This document shows, one piece after another, positions 1 to 13,250 of a stretch of DNA of 64,000 nt. Below the pieces are notes generated by a model. The model saw only the letters and a list, made by a program, of their open reading frames with translations. It did not search any database and was not told the DNA's origin. Origin of the DNA: Octopus sinensis. Its lineage: Eukaryota. Both the position numbers and the translations under genes were made by a program. Each line of letters opens with the position of its first letter. The first letter of the stretch is position 1. Where the stretch lies: contig NC_042998.1 in NCBI RefSeq assembly GCF_006345805.1, positions 193,440,001-193,504,000 of the forward strand, in the 5' to 3' direction.

Positions 1-490
1 AGACGTAAGCAAAGCAACACCAGCTATCAAGCGCTGGGAGTTACCAAACACAGACACAATCACACAACACACACACACGCACTCACGCACACACACACGC
101 ACTCACGCACACACGCACTCACGCACACACACACTCACACACACACACTCTCTCACAAACACACACGCTCACACACACACACACACACTCATATACTCAC
201 ACATTCACACACACACACTCACACACACACGCCCTCACACACACACGCACACACACACACTCATACACACACACACACACACACTTATACACACACGCAC
301 ACACACGCACACACACGCACGCACGAACATACACGTAACCGGGGTTCCACACACTTCCGCAACCAAATTCACTCACAGGGTTATTGGTCGGCCTGGGGCT
401 ATGGAAAAAAAATCATTTGCCCAAGGTGCTGCGAAACAGAACTGAACCTGAATCCACGAGACTGCAAAGATAGTTTAACCACTCAACTAT
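1..490 (-). mobile_element. Degenerate OR2-like SINE with expanded internal (CA)n tract
   Basis: Contains ttcactcacagggttattggtcggcctggggctat...ttgcccaaggtgc...gaactgaacc, a diverged reverse complement of the SINE body seen intact elsewhere (e.g. 35655-36070). Confidence 0.6.
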
Positions 491-842
491 GTCCACAGTT
501 TTCTTGCTACTGATTTTTTTTTTTCATAATTTTCCATACAAAATGCACCGGTAGTTTCGTTTGATCGTCAGCGAACCACAGGGACAAAAAAATATGAGAT
601 GCATTATTCTACAGAGAGCCCAAAGATTACACCGGTTTGTATCGAGTGAAGACGGCATAAAGTATGTATGCTCAGCAGAACAATGGATTATATTGAGTGA
701 ACTGGCTACAACACGAGGATAACATTCCCAAAAGTTTGTATATCTGTGGATGAAGAAGTGATAAAGAGAAGACATTTTCCCAATTAAATCAATATGTCGT
801 ATACTTTGAAGACGGGGAAATATATTTTCATTACTGCTTACC

Positions 843-1058
843 TAAGGTGAGGAACTTACAGAATCGTAAGTATCCCGGGAAAAATACTTCGAGGCATTTC
901 GCCCGTTTTTATGTTCTGGGTTCAAATACCGCCGGGACTGACTTTGCCTTTCATCCTTTCTGGGTTGGTAAAATAAGTACCAGTTGAGCACTGGGGTCGG
1001 TGTAATCGACTTAGCCCCTCCCCTCAAAATTGCTAGCCTTGTGCCAAAATTTGAAACC
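843..1058 (+). mobile_element. OR1-like tRNA-derived SINE, short tail type (...cccctcccctcaaaattgctagccttgtgccaaaatttgaaacc)
   Basis: B-box-like ggttcaaatacc followed by the family core gactttgcctttcatcctttc...aagtaccagttgagcactggggtcg. Confidence 0.75.
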
Positions 1059-1113
1059 GTTATTATTTACCTCATTACTGATGGTAACAATGAGTGGTCA
1101 TTAAACAACATCT

Positions 1114-1562
1114 GGGTTCTTTTCGGTTTGAACAGCAGTTTTTTCTAGCGGTGTCATATGAAATTGTCACCCATAACTATGACCCTAGTATCGATCTATT
1201 GCATTTCAATCTGTTTTAGGGTTGTGGTTAGTTATGGTTAATTAGGGTTAGCTAGGGTTAGTTAGGGTTAGGGTTAGGGGTGGGGGGAAGGGTATCTTTT
1301 TTTCTTCACAAATGTAAATAAACCCAATCTGTTTCTTAAATGAGGGACATATTCATACGCACAGAATAGACGTCATTGATTGGTTGAAATTGCAGAAATT
1401 TATAGAAAACAAAACAACAAATATCTTACACACTATGGAATTTTCTCAATAACGCCAAGAGAAAATATGTTTTATAAACACATTCTACCATTATACTAAG
1501 TTTAAAAGTGTTTATTTACGTGGAAATTATTTTTAAAACTGGCCGTTCAACGCGAAAAGTCC
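1114..1562. mobile_element. Non-autonomous TIR element (MITE-like) with internal telomere-type repeats
   Basis: Imperfect ~28-bp inverted termini gggttcttttcggtttgaacagcagtttt / aaaactggccgttcaacgcgaaaagtcc; TTAGGG-like run at 1216-1279; no clear TSD. Confidence 0.55.
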
Positions 1563-1774
1563 ACAATCTGTGTTCCGATAAGAATTTAAGTCCCTTTTGT
1601 TACTCGCCTAGAAGATCATGCTGGGAAAGATTAGATTTAGAGTTTGGAGAGAGAAATTCGAATTGCGAATGAGCGATTACACAATGTTATATGTAACGAG
1701 GACTTTGCACTCATTTGTATTTCGTAACTCAAACATATCCCACACAAACAAACACAAACCTGGGCTATTATTTT

Positions 1775-2258
1775 AGAATCTTGCTTTGAAACCATACAGT
1801 CTTGGATTCGGTCCCACAGCACGACACCTTGAGCAAGTGTCTTCTAATATAACTCCGGACCGACCAATGTGGTGAGTGAATTTCATAGACAGAAACTGAA
1901 AAAACAAAACCCGTCATACATGTATGTGCTTGTGTGTGTACATGTGTGTATGTGCGTATGCGCGCGTGTTTGTGCGTGTACGTGTGTGCATGTGTACTTG
2001 TGTGTGTGTGTGTGTGTGTGTGCTATATGTATTTATCTGTGTGTACGTATCTCTGTGTTTGTGTTTGTCCCCCCACCACTGCTTGGTAACCGATGTTGAC
2101 TTATTTATTTCTCTGTAACCTCAAAGTTCTATGGGTCTCTTTTGAGGTCAAAGAATAAGTACGAAGCTTTAAAAAAAGTAAGTGCTGGGATTGTTTTCTT
2201 CAGCTAACTCTCCACAAGCCAGTACCACACCAGGCTGCAGTCCAGTGACTAACAAAAA
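1775..2258 (+). mobile_element. Old OR2-like SINE with a Helitron inserted at its tail
   Basis: caccttgagcaagtgtcttct...gaccaat...gtgagtgaattt...agacagaaactgaaa, internal (TG)n, and a degraded ggctgcagtccagtgact tail. Confidence 0.6.
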
Positions 2259-2542
2259 TCTTTATATATAAAAGTCTTGTTGTGTGTCTGTCTCCTACGA
2301 TTTAGATTCCTAACCACTCCCACATTTTGCGGTACAGTGTAACCAAAAGCGGGTATCTTATAGTCGTTATTCATATCGAGCCCTTCTGGGTATTAGTGCG
2401 CGTCTACGATTTTAAAAGTAATTTACCATCATTTTTTTCCATTTTAATGCATTTTTTCGCTATTTTTTGGCTATAACTCTCTAAAAATGCTTATATAGTT
2501 ATTTCCCTTACAAACCCGAGCAACGCCGGGCGATACTGCTAG
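2259..2542 (+). mobile_element. Non-autonomous Helitron
   Basis: Starts TC after A and ends CTAG before T; GC-rich hairpin cccgagcaacgccggg lies just upstream of the end; four related copies in the window. Confidence 0.85.
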
Positions 2543-2979
2543 TAAACAATAAAAGACAAAAGATATAAAAGATACCTCCGTGCATACAAGCAGACAGACA
2601 GACTGACATATTCTCAGAGGCTGACGTAACTCTGAACGAAACTGTTCGTTGAAACTGAAAGAATTCCATCGTGGAAGAGTAAATTTTAGCTACATCGGAA
2701 GACACAAAACTGTTGCATTCACATGTATACTTCTGAATAGGACCGTTCATTAAGGTATGTTAAAATATTGTGTTGCATTTCTGTGACTTCGCCACTTACG
2801 TAGTTGAGATGGTGAGAAATTTGTTAGTGTCTCACAACTTCTCAAACGCGACGAAAATCTTGTTACCATTCCGTTTCATAATATATTGTACAGAAATAAA
2901 GGAAAAGTCAATATAACGACTTTGTGTGTTCTTAAATGGTTAAACAGGCTCTTCGACGAAAATTATATGCATACATACA

Positions 2980-2991
2980 TACATATATTAT

Positions 2992-3026
<35 letters not shown>

Positions 3027-3065
3027 AACATACGTAAATACATACATATATATATATATAAATAG

Positions 3066-3106
<41 letters not shown>

Positions 3107-3243
3107 AATGAAAGTAGTGCAGACCCACACCTCCACGTACACACGCACACGAACACGTACACACAAACACATACACGCGAGCATGTATATATGTACATGT
3201 ATGTATAAATGTATATATATATATATACATATATTTATAATAT

Positions 3244-3286
<43 letters not shown>

Positions 3287-3352
3287 CATATATATTTATA
3301 AATCTATATATATATATATATATTATATATAATGTATATTAATATATATATG

Positions 3353-3425
<73 letters not shown>

Positions 3426-3461
3426 CATATATATATTATATAATCATAATATATATATACA

Positions 3462-3504
<43 letters not shown>

Positions 3505-3517
3505 TGTATATTATATG

Positions 3518-3600
<83 letters not shown>

Positions 3601-3620
3601 GTATAATATATATATACATG
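2980..3620. repeat. Compound (AT)n/(AG)n/(AC)n microsatellite
   Basis: Direct reading of the sequence; source of the YI/HT-type ORFs. Confidence 0.95.
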
Positions 3621-3879
3621 TGTGTGTCTGCACATTACTTTCATTCTCAGATGGAATGGTCTCCAGTTAATTGGAAAACGTATGAACGTCAGAAATCAAA
3701 AATTTTTTGTATGTTTCGTTAGATTTCTTTTAGTTTCTTTATTTTTTTAATTATTTTATTATTTTTTTTGCATACAATAATATCGTTTAAAATCTATAGA
3801 CGTGGTCTTTCCTCCTCTTTATATTTCCTTCGCTCGATCTGCATATACATTCCAATATATACAAATATTACCTCCAAAC

Positions 3880-3912
3880 AAACACACACACATACTGATG
3901 TGTGTGTGTATG

Positions 3913-3982
<70 letters not shown>

Positions 3983-4067
3983 TGTGTGTGTATAAATGTA
4001 TACATATATATTCATTTATATTCACTGAATTTACTCATACAACGCACACACACACAAACATACCTGC

Positions 4068-4098
<31 letters not shown>

Positions 4099-4251
4099 CA
4101 TACATATTTATATATACAAACACACACACACACGCACATATATATGTTAGTTAGTTAGTTATATATAGTCTATTATATAGTTACATAGTATATATATATA
4201 TATATATAATATACATACATATTAGTTATATATATATAGTTATATATAGTT

Positions 4252-4288
<37 letters not shown>

Positions 4289-4430
4289 GTTATATATAGT
4301 TATATATAGTCTCTCTCTCTCTATATATATATATATAATAGAGAGAGAGAGAGTAGAGAGAGGGGGAGAGAGAGAGAGAAAGATAGACGGACAGACAGAC
4401 TGAAAGAGACACAGAGAGAGAGACAGAGAG
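3880..4430. repeat. Compound (TG)n/(AT)n/(TATATAGT)n/(AG)n microsatellite block
   Basis: Direct reading of the sequence. Confidence 0.9.
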
Positions 4431-4920
4431 AGACAAATGTAAGTAGTTGAAGACAAATTTTACTCCGAAGGCCATACTAACACAAAATTCACAATATTTA
4501 TATGGGTTAAATTTATATATTTACATACATATATAAGAATATGTGTATGAGTACATATATATGGAACTGTTTCTATATATGTTGACACACACACACATAA
4601 ATAAAATATTCATATGTTTATGTTTGTGTGCATGGATAAATGTATGAAGAATGTATATATATATATATTTATATGGGCAGATATATTTAGATATATGTAT
4701 GTATGTTCATACGGATGTGAATGTATGCATATGTATGTATGGCTATTTTATATAAGCAGTGCGTGGTCACATACATCTACATATACATACATACATATAT
4801 ATATATAATTATATATATATATAATACTATATGCATATATATATATATACGTATAATACATATGTATATAAATACATATACGCATATATATACATATATT
4901 ATATATATATTCATTGTTAT

Positions 4921-4960
<40 letters not shown>

Positions 4961-6154
4961 CATACACGCATGCATGTAAATATTATGTGTATGTGTTCAT
5001 GATCTTCGCAATATAGAACAATAACCGCCAGAGTCACACACTGTCAGACTTCAAAAAGATCCAACAGTTGCAAAATATGCAATCTGAGAGTTGGATAGCT
5101 GTTTAATAAATTGATTCTTTTGTTCATTTCCTGGTATGGTTGATCAATGGAATGAAGGCTAAAAAACAAAACAAAATAGCAACAACAAAGTTTGAAGAAT
5201 TAGTATTAGTTTTAAAGCAATAATTGTAATTGTTGCAGCGGATCGATAGCATTAATACACTGGCTGTTCGTCTGCGGCATCTCAGAGTTATATTGTATGC
5301 GTAAAGAAAGATTCATAGACTGGTGGAGTAGGGGAATAATACATATGTTACGGTCATTTCTGCAGTAACCATTTTTCGTACAAGAATGCATACGCCGCTT
5401 TCACTCATATACGAGAATATGAATAATCGCAAAACTACACAACACAAATGCAGATGCATACACGCTTACTCTCTCGCTTACTCTCTCTTTTTCTACCACC
5501 CCTCCAACACATATACATACGTGCACGCACGATCGAAAGCATGTTAGAGATATATTTAGATTTACGTGCACGCAATACAGAACTATACAGACATATTCCC
5601 GTAATTATAGAGAAGCACATTTAGAAATAGGAAAATTTAGATGAAAGAATATAGTAACTATTTCTTTAAACATACACTCGTATAAATAAATACGAATTCT
5701 TTTTCTAAAAATGAACTCAATTCATTAACGGAGGCAAGCAGGTTGAGGTTGCTAATTTTTTTTCATATATATCAAACAATACCAGGAAATTATGTGATTG
5801 TGTTAAAATTTGTTGTACATGTAAGTATTTATACGTGGCCATGGAGTAGTTTTGTGTTGTTGCTTTTGCTTTTAACTACAGGTCAGCCTTGATCAAACAG
5901 ATTTATAATGAAAGGTGACCCCGTTTTAACCATCCATTTTTGTTATAATCAAGAACAATAGTGTCCGATATGTACGAGGGTGGGCTGAAGAGTTCATAGG
6001 CTGACTATAAAGGAATGGATGCTAGAGCTACAAAATCTTGCATGCATTAATTTCACCTCTACTTATTAATACCTGCAGTGTTTCGTTCCGGGTAAACTGA
6101 CATTTGGCTGCTCAAAGAAGACTTTGAAAATAACTAGTAGCGACTTCTCACGAA

Positions 6155-7420
6155 AATCGACAAAATTTGTCATCGTGTTATTATGAAGTACTAGTAGAAA
6201 AGGGGTTTAGTCCCCTACGACATTCATGCTGACATGGTTGCTACATTAGGGCATGATGCTCCAGATTTATCAACACTGCAAAACTGAACAACTAAATTTA
6301 GGAGGCGAAGGGAGAGTCTGGACGTTCAGCATCTGCCACCAACGAGGAAAACACTGATCGTGTTCAACACATCCTTAAATCCTTAAAAATGTTTAAGCCC
6401 GAATGCCGCGGCCATGCTGGGGCACCACTGCTGATGATGGATGATAGGCGAATGATTATAAATCAAATAGCCAATGATTTTAGCATATCCCGTGAAAGAG
6501 TCGAGAATATTTTGCACAACGTACTTGGTATAACGAAGGTTTCTGCTCAGTGGGGTTTCACATCTTTTGAGATCTGGTCAAAAGCGCACCAAGCTGATCG
6601 TATAGATTCTTTATTACTCACAAGGGGCTAAACATAGAAGAGACAAACAAGGACAGACAAACAGATTAAGTCGATTACATCGACACCAGTGCGTAACTAG
6701 TACTTAATTTATCGACTCCGAAAGGATTAAAGGCGAAGTTGACCTCGGCGGAATTTGAACTCAGAACGTATCAGCAGACGAAATAGGGCTATGCATTTTT
6801 CCCGGCGTGCTAACAGTTCTGCCAGCTCGTATCACGAGAAAATCTGACAGTTTTTGAGGCAGATCCAGCTAGTTTGCTTGAACGTTTCTGCACCCAATAT
6901 GAGTGAAGGGTTCATCACTTTGAGCCAAAGACCAACAGACAATCCACCGCACCTGCTCCAAAGGAGTGCAAGATCATTTCATATGGAGGAAAATTGATGA
7001 CCTCAGGTATTGGAATGCAAAAGGCATTGCATTCATTGATTATCTTCAAAAGGTCATACCATCGATGGAGAGTACTATACCAACTTCCTAAGTAGTTGAG
7101 AAAGGCTATCAAGACTAAACGCCCAGGAAAACTGACGAAAGGAATTTTCTTTCATCAGGACAATTCTCCAGCACACTAATCCTTGGTTTCAGAGGCTTTT
7201 GAGTATGACCGGATTTGAACTGGTTGATCACTCTCCCTATTTTCCTGATGTGGCCTCTTCTGACTATCATCTTCTCTCCACCATGAAAAAACACTTGGCT
7301 GGGAATCAGTATCTCAGTGATGATGACGCCATATCTGATGTTGCTTATTTTATGGACCAACAGGATTAAAGCTTCTTCACCGATGGAAGAAGCGTGTGGA
7401 CCGTAAGGGGAACTATCTTG
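6155..7420 (+). pseudogene. Mariner transposase pseudogene (stops, frameshifts, SINE insertion)
   Basis: Recognisable pieces: DDRRMIINQIANDFSISRERVENILHNVLGITKVSAQW (HTH up to WVP region), FHQDNSPAH, and HSPYFPDVASSDYHLLSTMKKHLAG (the YSPDLAPSD motif). Confidence 0.88.
6606..6829 (-). mobile_element. OR1-like SINE (long tail) inserted in the mariner
   Basis: Matches the other long-tail copies (e.g. 31768-32001) and interrupts the transposase just after ...VSAQW. Confidence 0.9.
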
Positions 7421-8342
7421 AAAAATAACCTTCATTTGGTCACACTCTATGAGATCGCCTTTGTTACCTTATGAACAATTCAGCCGGACTTCGTATGCTT
7501 TAAAAACGACAGTATAATATTAGAGGCATATGTCAGCTATTTCCAACAGATAATTCACTCTATAGAATCTTTTTAGAAACTTCATCGTTGTCCTGGCAGA
7601 ATTAAATAAAGAAGCTGTGAAAGGTTTTGCCTATCCTATCGGTAGCAATAATTCATCGGAGCTGGAGGACACGAAACAGTATTTTCTGCGATTGTTTTTT
7701 AGATGAAAAATCAACATTTTTATATGAAAATATTGTGAAAATTACTCAACGCATCAATGATGATAGATATGTTCATAAAATTAATAGCCAATATAAGAAG
7801 TATTAATGATAACAATTGCGCTGAAGGGGCTCATACTGACTTTTTGAACTTCCCAGTCTCATAGCAACTCTCTTCGCCGTTACGATGCATCACTAATATA
7901 CACATTTCTCATTAAATACTAATTAGAGATAGATGAGTTAGACAGACTAGTATTTGAATGGATTAATCAGAAGAGTGAATGCAGCGCCCAAGGTCTTCTT
8001 TTAGGATCTCCGAAACTAGTTATCTTCATACTGGTACCCTAATAAAAAAATGCTTTTAACAGAGTGAACTCTATTGAAAGCAGCAAGAAGGTGATGATCA
8101 AGATTATGATACCATGTCCGTGTGTGTGTGTGTATGTGTTTGTGTTTGTGTGTGTATTTTACAAACAACTTGCATATGCAAGTGCTACCAGTCGAAAGCT
8201 CCGCATATCGGAAACCAGTAAGTGTATGGGGTAATCAGGAGAGAATGCGTGCCCTTTTGGAGCGTAGCTCTCGACGACATCATTGCACACCGCCCCCATT
8301 CACTGAAATGAGGCCCTGCTTGCTAGATCAACTGGTTATCAG

Positions 8343-8719
8343 ATATAGCTCAATATTTTTCTAGTCCTCGCTCATCATCTCTTTTTAACCAAATCCAGTG
8401 GTTTACCTTTTCCACTGTAGTTAGGATATCACTCATAGTGATATTTGCTTTACGATGAGTTCGGCCAAACAATACAAACAGTCGCCTCACACTATGTTCA
8501 ACGAATACTTTACATCCACCTTCGCTAATCGAGTCCCATATTTCAGTAAGATAATTCCTTTCTTGTATAGTATATTGAGCTTGCTAACTTTCCCATTTTC
8601 TCCCCTGTAGATCCTGACATTTTATAAAGAGCTTGACATACCTTGTTCTCAAACTCTCTATATCTTCCTTTCTCATTAGCAGCAGGCCACAGAACCCTCG
8701 GTTTCCTCCGAGTACTACC
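8343..8719 (-). pseudogene. Internally deleted HERO/R2-like (REL-endonuclease) non-LTR retrotransposon relic
   Basis: Minus-strand translation gives RKPRVLWPAANEKGRYREFENKVCQALYKMSGSTGEKMGKLASSIYY, resembling the pre-RT region of HERO-type ORFs. It runs into another frame ISEGGCKVFVEHSVRRLFVLFG...TVEKVNHWIWLKRDDE, resembling the EVGCRGF...WLWLKR C-terminus. Recognition by eye. Confidence 0.65.
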
Positions 8720-10167
8720 TGATGCACCAGTCTAATAACCTGTAGCATTTATCGATCCGCTGTGGTCTGAAACCGGGGATCATTTCCGATCTCGGAAAAT
8801 ATGTAGCTGCGAAGCAAGCTTAACCAAACAACCAAAAGAGCCATAGATGCATTATAGCTGCATCATATCTTGCACAATAAAGAACGCAATGGCTCAATCA
8901 AAAATATCCTCATGCAGGATAATATTTTCATCCTCATTCGTATGCTAGTCACTGTAAATTCTACAATTAGCAACTTATATTTTCAAACATAAATCGTATA
9001 TATGTGTTCATGTGCGTTCCTGATTACGTCTATATATGTGAATGCAAACATATTAGAGTCTTTTTGTGCGTTTTTTAAAGTATGCTTAATGTTTCGTAAT
9101 ATATTGGGAACATCTCAGAATATCTTTAGATTTTTTAACACAAACATACTACCACTACCTCGAATAAAGAGGACAGATCCTGTACACTATAGATCTTTAT
9201 TGCATCACACCTGGACACAATGCAGCAGTGGATCATGCACTGGCAACTCCGTTGTCTTCCTACTTGATATTTGTTTTTATTTGGCAAAAAAGTAATGAAT
9301 AAAACGCTTATCCCGAAATGCAACAATATATATGTGTGTAATATATATATATATATATATATTGTAATTTAGGGTATATAAGAGAAACCTCCACGCTGGA
9401 AATAGCAGCCAAAACTTGACTATATATACAACAGCTTTTTAGAGGCAGGATCCCACTAGAAGGCAGGTGGTAGAAACTTTCGGCCGTTGCAGGTTGGATT
9501 TGGGGGGTTTGTGGTGCGTTTTTACATCTGTTAATGCGTGCGATGTCAGATGCGATATTGTCTAGACAGGAGTACCTTACCTTGACATTATGGGGGTGAT
9601 TGAAGAGTTTGTAATACTTATGGCCTCTGGGAAAATGTTTCTTTTTTAACAACAAGAAGCCTCTGGCTACGTTGGTAGAAACTTCTAAGTTAAATGGGGA
9701 GGTTATACAAGATTATTTTCCTCTTCCTTATTCTCTTAGGGTGAGGAGAAAGGTTTGGGGTTCGTAAAAAGTAAAAGAGTCAAAAGGAAAAGTAAGAACG
9801 GTTAGGTAGCTTTTTAATAATCACTACAAATGTTTCGATACATACGTATCTATGTATATACAGGATTTAAATTCAAATTAAATTATGTAACGATTTACCC
9901 GTATTAGAAGATCCATATGTATATCCTCAGGTGATATTTAATTGCAGTCTCCGTAAGTAAATCTAATTTTCCATGCTACAACATCCATGGCTCCTTTTCA
10001 ACTAACAAACGAGGACGGTTTCAATTCGCTCGGTATGTGTGTGTGTTGTCTCGTTCGACATGAGCAGCAATGTGCACGTTGTCTATTTATTTAGTTTAAA
10101 CATGTCATTCTGCACATGCCAACGAGCTCTATTTGTACTCTAATACGTTCTTAACAGAACACACCTC

Positions 10168-10203
<36 letters not shown>

Positions 10204-10204
10204 T

Positions 10205-10335
10205 ATCAGCCGAAATTGTTAGGATGATCCGGTTCTTGACTGAAGACTGAAGGCTTCGAATGTCCCGTCCGTGTTTTTTGTATCGTCTTCTAAATGTCTT
10301 ACGTTCTTGTCCCAGTTTGTATTTTTCTACATATA
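10205..10335 (+). mobile_element. Penelope-like terminal-repeat fragment (cttgactgaagactgaaggcttcgaatg family)
   Basis: The same motif occurs at 12290-12420 and 51560-51918, and in reverse at 42035-42365 and 63595-63860. PLE assignment is an inference from architecture. Confidence 0.45.
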
Positions 10336-10550
10336 ATACATACATATTAAAAGAAGCTGACTAAAGTGATATGGCGTTACTTTCAATACCTTGTATTGCC
10401 GATATTTTGATTTTGATTTTAAATATATGTAAACCACCTGAAGAATGACTGTAACTCGAAATTTTAAGAATTGAACAGCCATGAAACGATCGTAGTGTTA
10501 TATTAATTAATCTTTTTTAATAATTTTGATATATATTAAATAATATAAAT

Positions 10551-10719
10551 TAATTAATCTTATGTATTGGCTTAAGTTTTCATTGTATGATTTGCCTAAT
10601 AGTGGTTTTATCTCTAATTTAATATAATATTATATATATATATATTATATAAATTAGAGATAAAACCACTATTAGGCAAATCATACAATGAAAAACTTAA
10701 GCCAATACATAAGATTAAT

Positions 10720-10721
<2 letters not shown>
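10551..10721. repeat. ~71-bp inverted repeat around an AT spacer (also at 12639-12809)
   Basis: taattaatcttatgtattggcttaag...tctctaattta and its reverse complement; one indel. Confidence 0.9.
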
Positions 10722-10785
<64 letters not shown>

Positions 10786-11032
10786 GTAGGTATGTATATA
10801 TATATACAAATATAAAATTAGAAAAACCCACCTTTTATCAATTCAAAATGAACAATTAAATTACACCGTCTAGAAAATTACATATAAAGAAATATTAAAA
10901 TTAAAATAACAATAAAATATAAATGATTAAGTAAATTGCAAAAATATATTATAAAAACGTGTATAGTATAGCCACGAAACACGTGTCGTTATTCTACCAA
11001 TTATATACGTTTTATTAATTTTTTGTTTTGCA

Positions 11033-11132
11033 NNNNNNNNNNNNNNNNNNNNNNNNNNNNNNNNNNNNNNNNNNNNNNNNNNNNNNNNNNNNNNNNNNNN
11101 NNNNNNNNNNNNNNNNNNNNNNNNNNNNNNNN
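11033..11132. other. Scaffold gap (100 N)
   Basis: Run of exactly 100 N. Confidence 1.
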
Positions 11133-12254
11133 AAACATATTAGAGTCTTTTTGTGCGTTTTTTTAAAGTATGCTTAATTTTCGTAATATATTGGGAACAT
11201 CTCAGAATATCTTTAGATTTTTTAACACAAACAATACTACCTCGAAATAAAGAGGACAGATCCTGTACACTATAGATCTTTATTGCAATCACACCTGGAC
11301 ACAATGCAGCAGTGGATCATGCACTGGCAACTCCGTGTGTCTTCCTACTTGATATAGTGTTTTTATTTGGCAAAAAAAGTAATGAATAAAACGCTTATCC
11401 CGAAATGCAACAATATATATGTGTGTATATATATATAATATTATATATATATTGTAATTTAGGGTATATAGAGAACCTCCACGCTGGAATAGCAGCCAAA
11501 ACTTGACTATATATACAACAGCTTTTTAGAGGCAGGATCCCACTAGAAGGCAGGTGGTAGAAACTTTCGGCCGTTGCAGGTTGGATTTGGGGGGTTTGTG
11601 GTGCGTTTTTACATCTGTTAATGCGTGCGATGTCAGATGCGATATTGTCTAGACAGGAGTACCTTACCTTGACATTATGGGGGTGATTGAAGAGTTTGTA
11701 ATACTTATGGCCTCTGGGAAAATGTTTCTTTTTTAACAACAAGAAGCCTCTGGCTACGTTGGTAGAAACTTCTAAGTTAAATGGGGAGGTTATACAAGAT
11801 TATTTTCCTCTTCCTTATTCTCTTAGGGTGAGGAGAAAGGTTTGGGGTTCGTAAAAAGTAAAAGAGTCAAAAGGAAAAGTAAGAACGGTTAGGTAGCTTT
11901 TTAATAATCACTACAAATGTTTCGATACATACGTATCTATGTATATACAGGATTTAAATTCAAATTAAATTATGTAACGATTTACCCGTATTAGAAGATC
12001 CATATGTATATCCTCAGGTGATATTTAATTGCAGTCTCCGTAAGTAAATCTAATTTTCCATGCTACAACATCCATGGCTCCTTTTCAACTAACAAACGAG
12101 GACGGTTTCAATTCGCTCGGTATGTGTGTGTGTTGTCTCGTTCGACATGAGCAGCAATGTGCACGTTGTCTATTTATTTAGTTTAAACATGTCATTCTGC
12201 ACATGCCAACGAGCTCTATTTGTACTCTAATACGTTCTTAACAGAACACACCTC

Positions 12255-12288
<34 letters not shown>

Positions 12289-12807
12289 TATCAGCCGAAA
12301 TTGTTAGGATGATCCGGTTCTTGACTGAAGACTGAAGGCTTCGAATGTCCCGTCCGTGTTTTTTGTATCGTCTTCTAAATGTCTTACGTTCTTGTCCCAG
12401 TTTGTATTTTTCTACATATAATACATACATATTAAAAGAAGCTGACTAAAGTGATATGGCGTTACTTTCAAATACCTTGTATTTGCCGATATTTTGATTT
12501 TGATTTTAAATATATGTAAACCACCTGAAGAATGACTGTAACTCGAAAATTTTAAGAATTGAACAGCCATGAAACGATCGTAGTGTTATATTAATTAATC
12601 TTTTTTAATAATTTTGATATATATTAAATAATATAAATTAATTAATCTTATGTATTGGCTTAAGTTTTCATTGTATGATTTGCCTAATAGTGGTTTTATC
12701 TCTAATTTAATATAATATTATATATATATATATTATATAAATTAGAGATAAAACCACTATTAGGCAAATCATACAATGAAAAACTTAAGCCAATACATAA
12801 GATTAAT

Positions 12808-12873
<66 letters not shown>

Positions 12874-13122
12874 GTAGGTATGTATATATATATACAAATA
12901 TAAAATTAGAAAAACCCACCTTTTATCAATTCAAAATGAACAATTAAATTACACCGTCTAGAAAATTACATATAAAAGAAATATTAAAATTAAAATAACA
13001 ATAAAATATAAATGATTAAGTAAATTGCAAAAAATATATTATAAAAACGTGTATAGTATAGCCACGAAACACGTGTCGTTATTCTACCAATTATATACGT
13101 TTTTATTAATTTTTTGTTTGCA
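11133..13122 (+). repeat. Second copy of ~2-kb duplication (probable unmerged contig overlap)
   Basis: Begins exactly at the gap; the visible differences from 9046-11032 are almost all single-base indels. Confidence 0.9.
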
Positions 13123-13250
13123 ATTTACTTAATCATTGATATTTTATTGTTATTTCAATTTTAATATTTCTTTTATATGTAATTTTCTAGATGGTGTAAT
13201 TTAATTGTTCATTTTGAATTGATAAAAGGTGGGTTTTTTTCAATTTTATA
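12899..13250. repeat. ~133-bp inverted repeat with half-hammerhead in the loop (Penelope-like)
   Basis: Arms 12899-13031 and 13117-13250; the loop contains atagccac-GAAA-cacgtg-TC. Confidence 0.75.

Larger units (their letters stand above)
5975..7493 (+). mobile_element. Near full-length defective mariner (Tc1/mariner) transposon
   Basis: TA on both sides (5973-74, 7494-95); imperfect TIRs cgagggtgggctgaagagttcatagg vs reverse complement cgaagtccggctgaattgttcataagg; about 1.25-1.3 kb once the internal SINE is removed. Confidence 0.88.
9046..11032 (+). repeat. First copy of ~2-kb direct duplication abutting the gap
   Basis: Near-identical to 11133-13122. Confidence 0.95.

Noticed and set aside
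9308-11742. Duplicated 115-aa ORF as a tandem gene pair
   Set aside because: No recognisable domain, runs into (AT)n, and the duplication is probably an assembly overlap.
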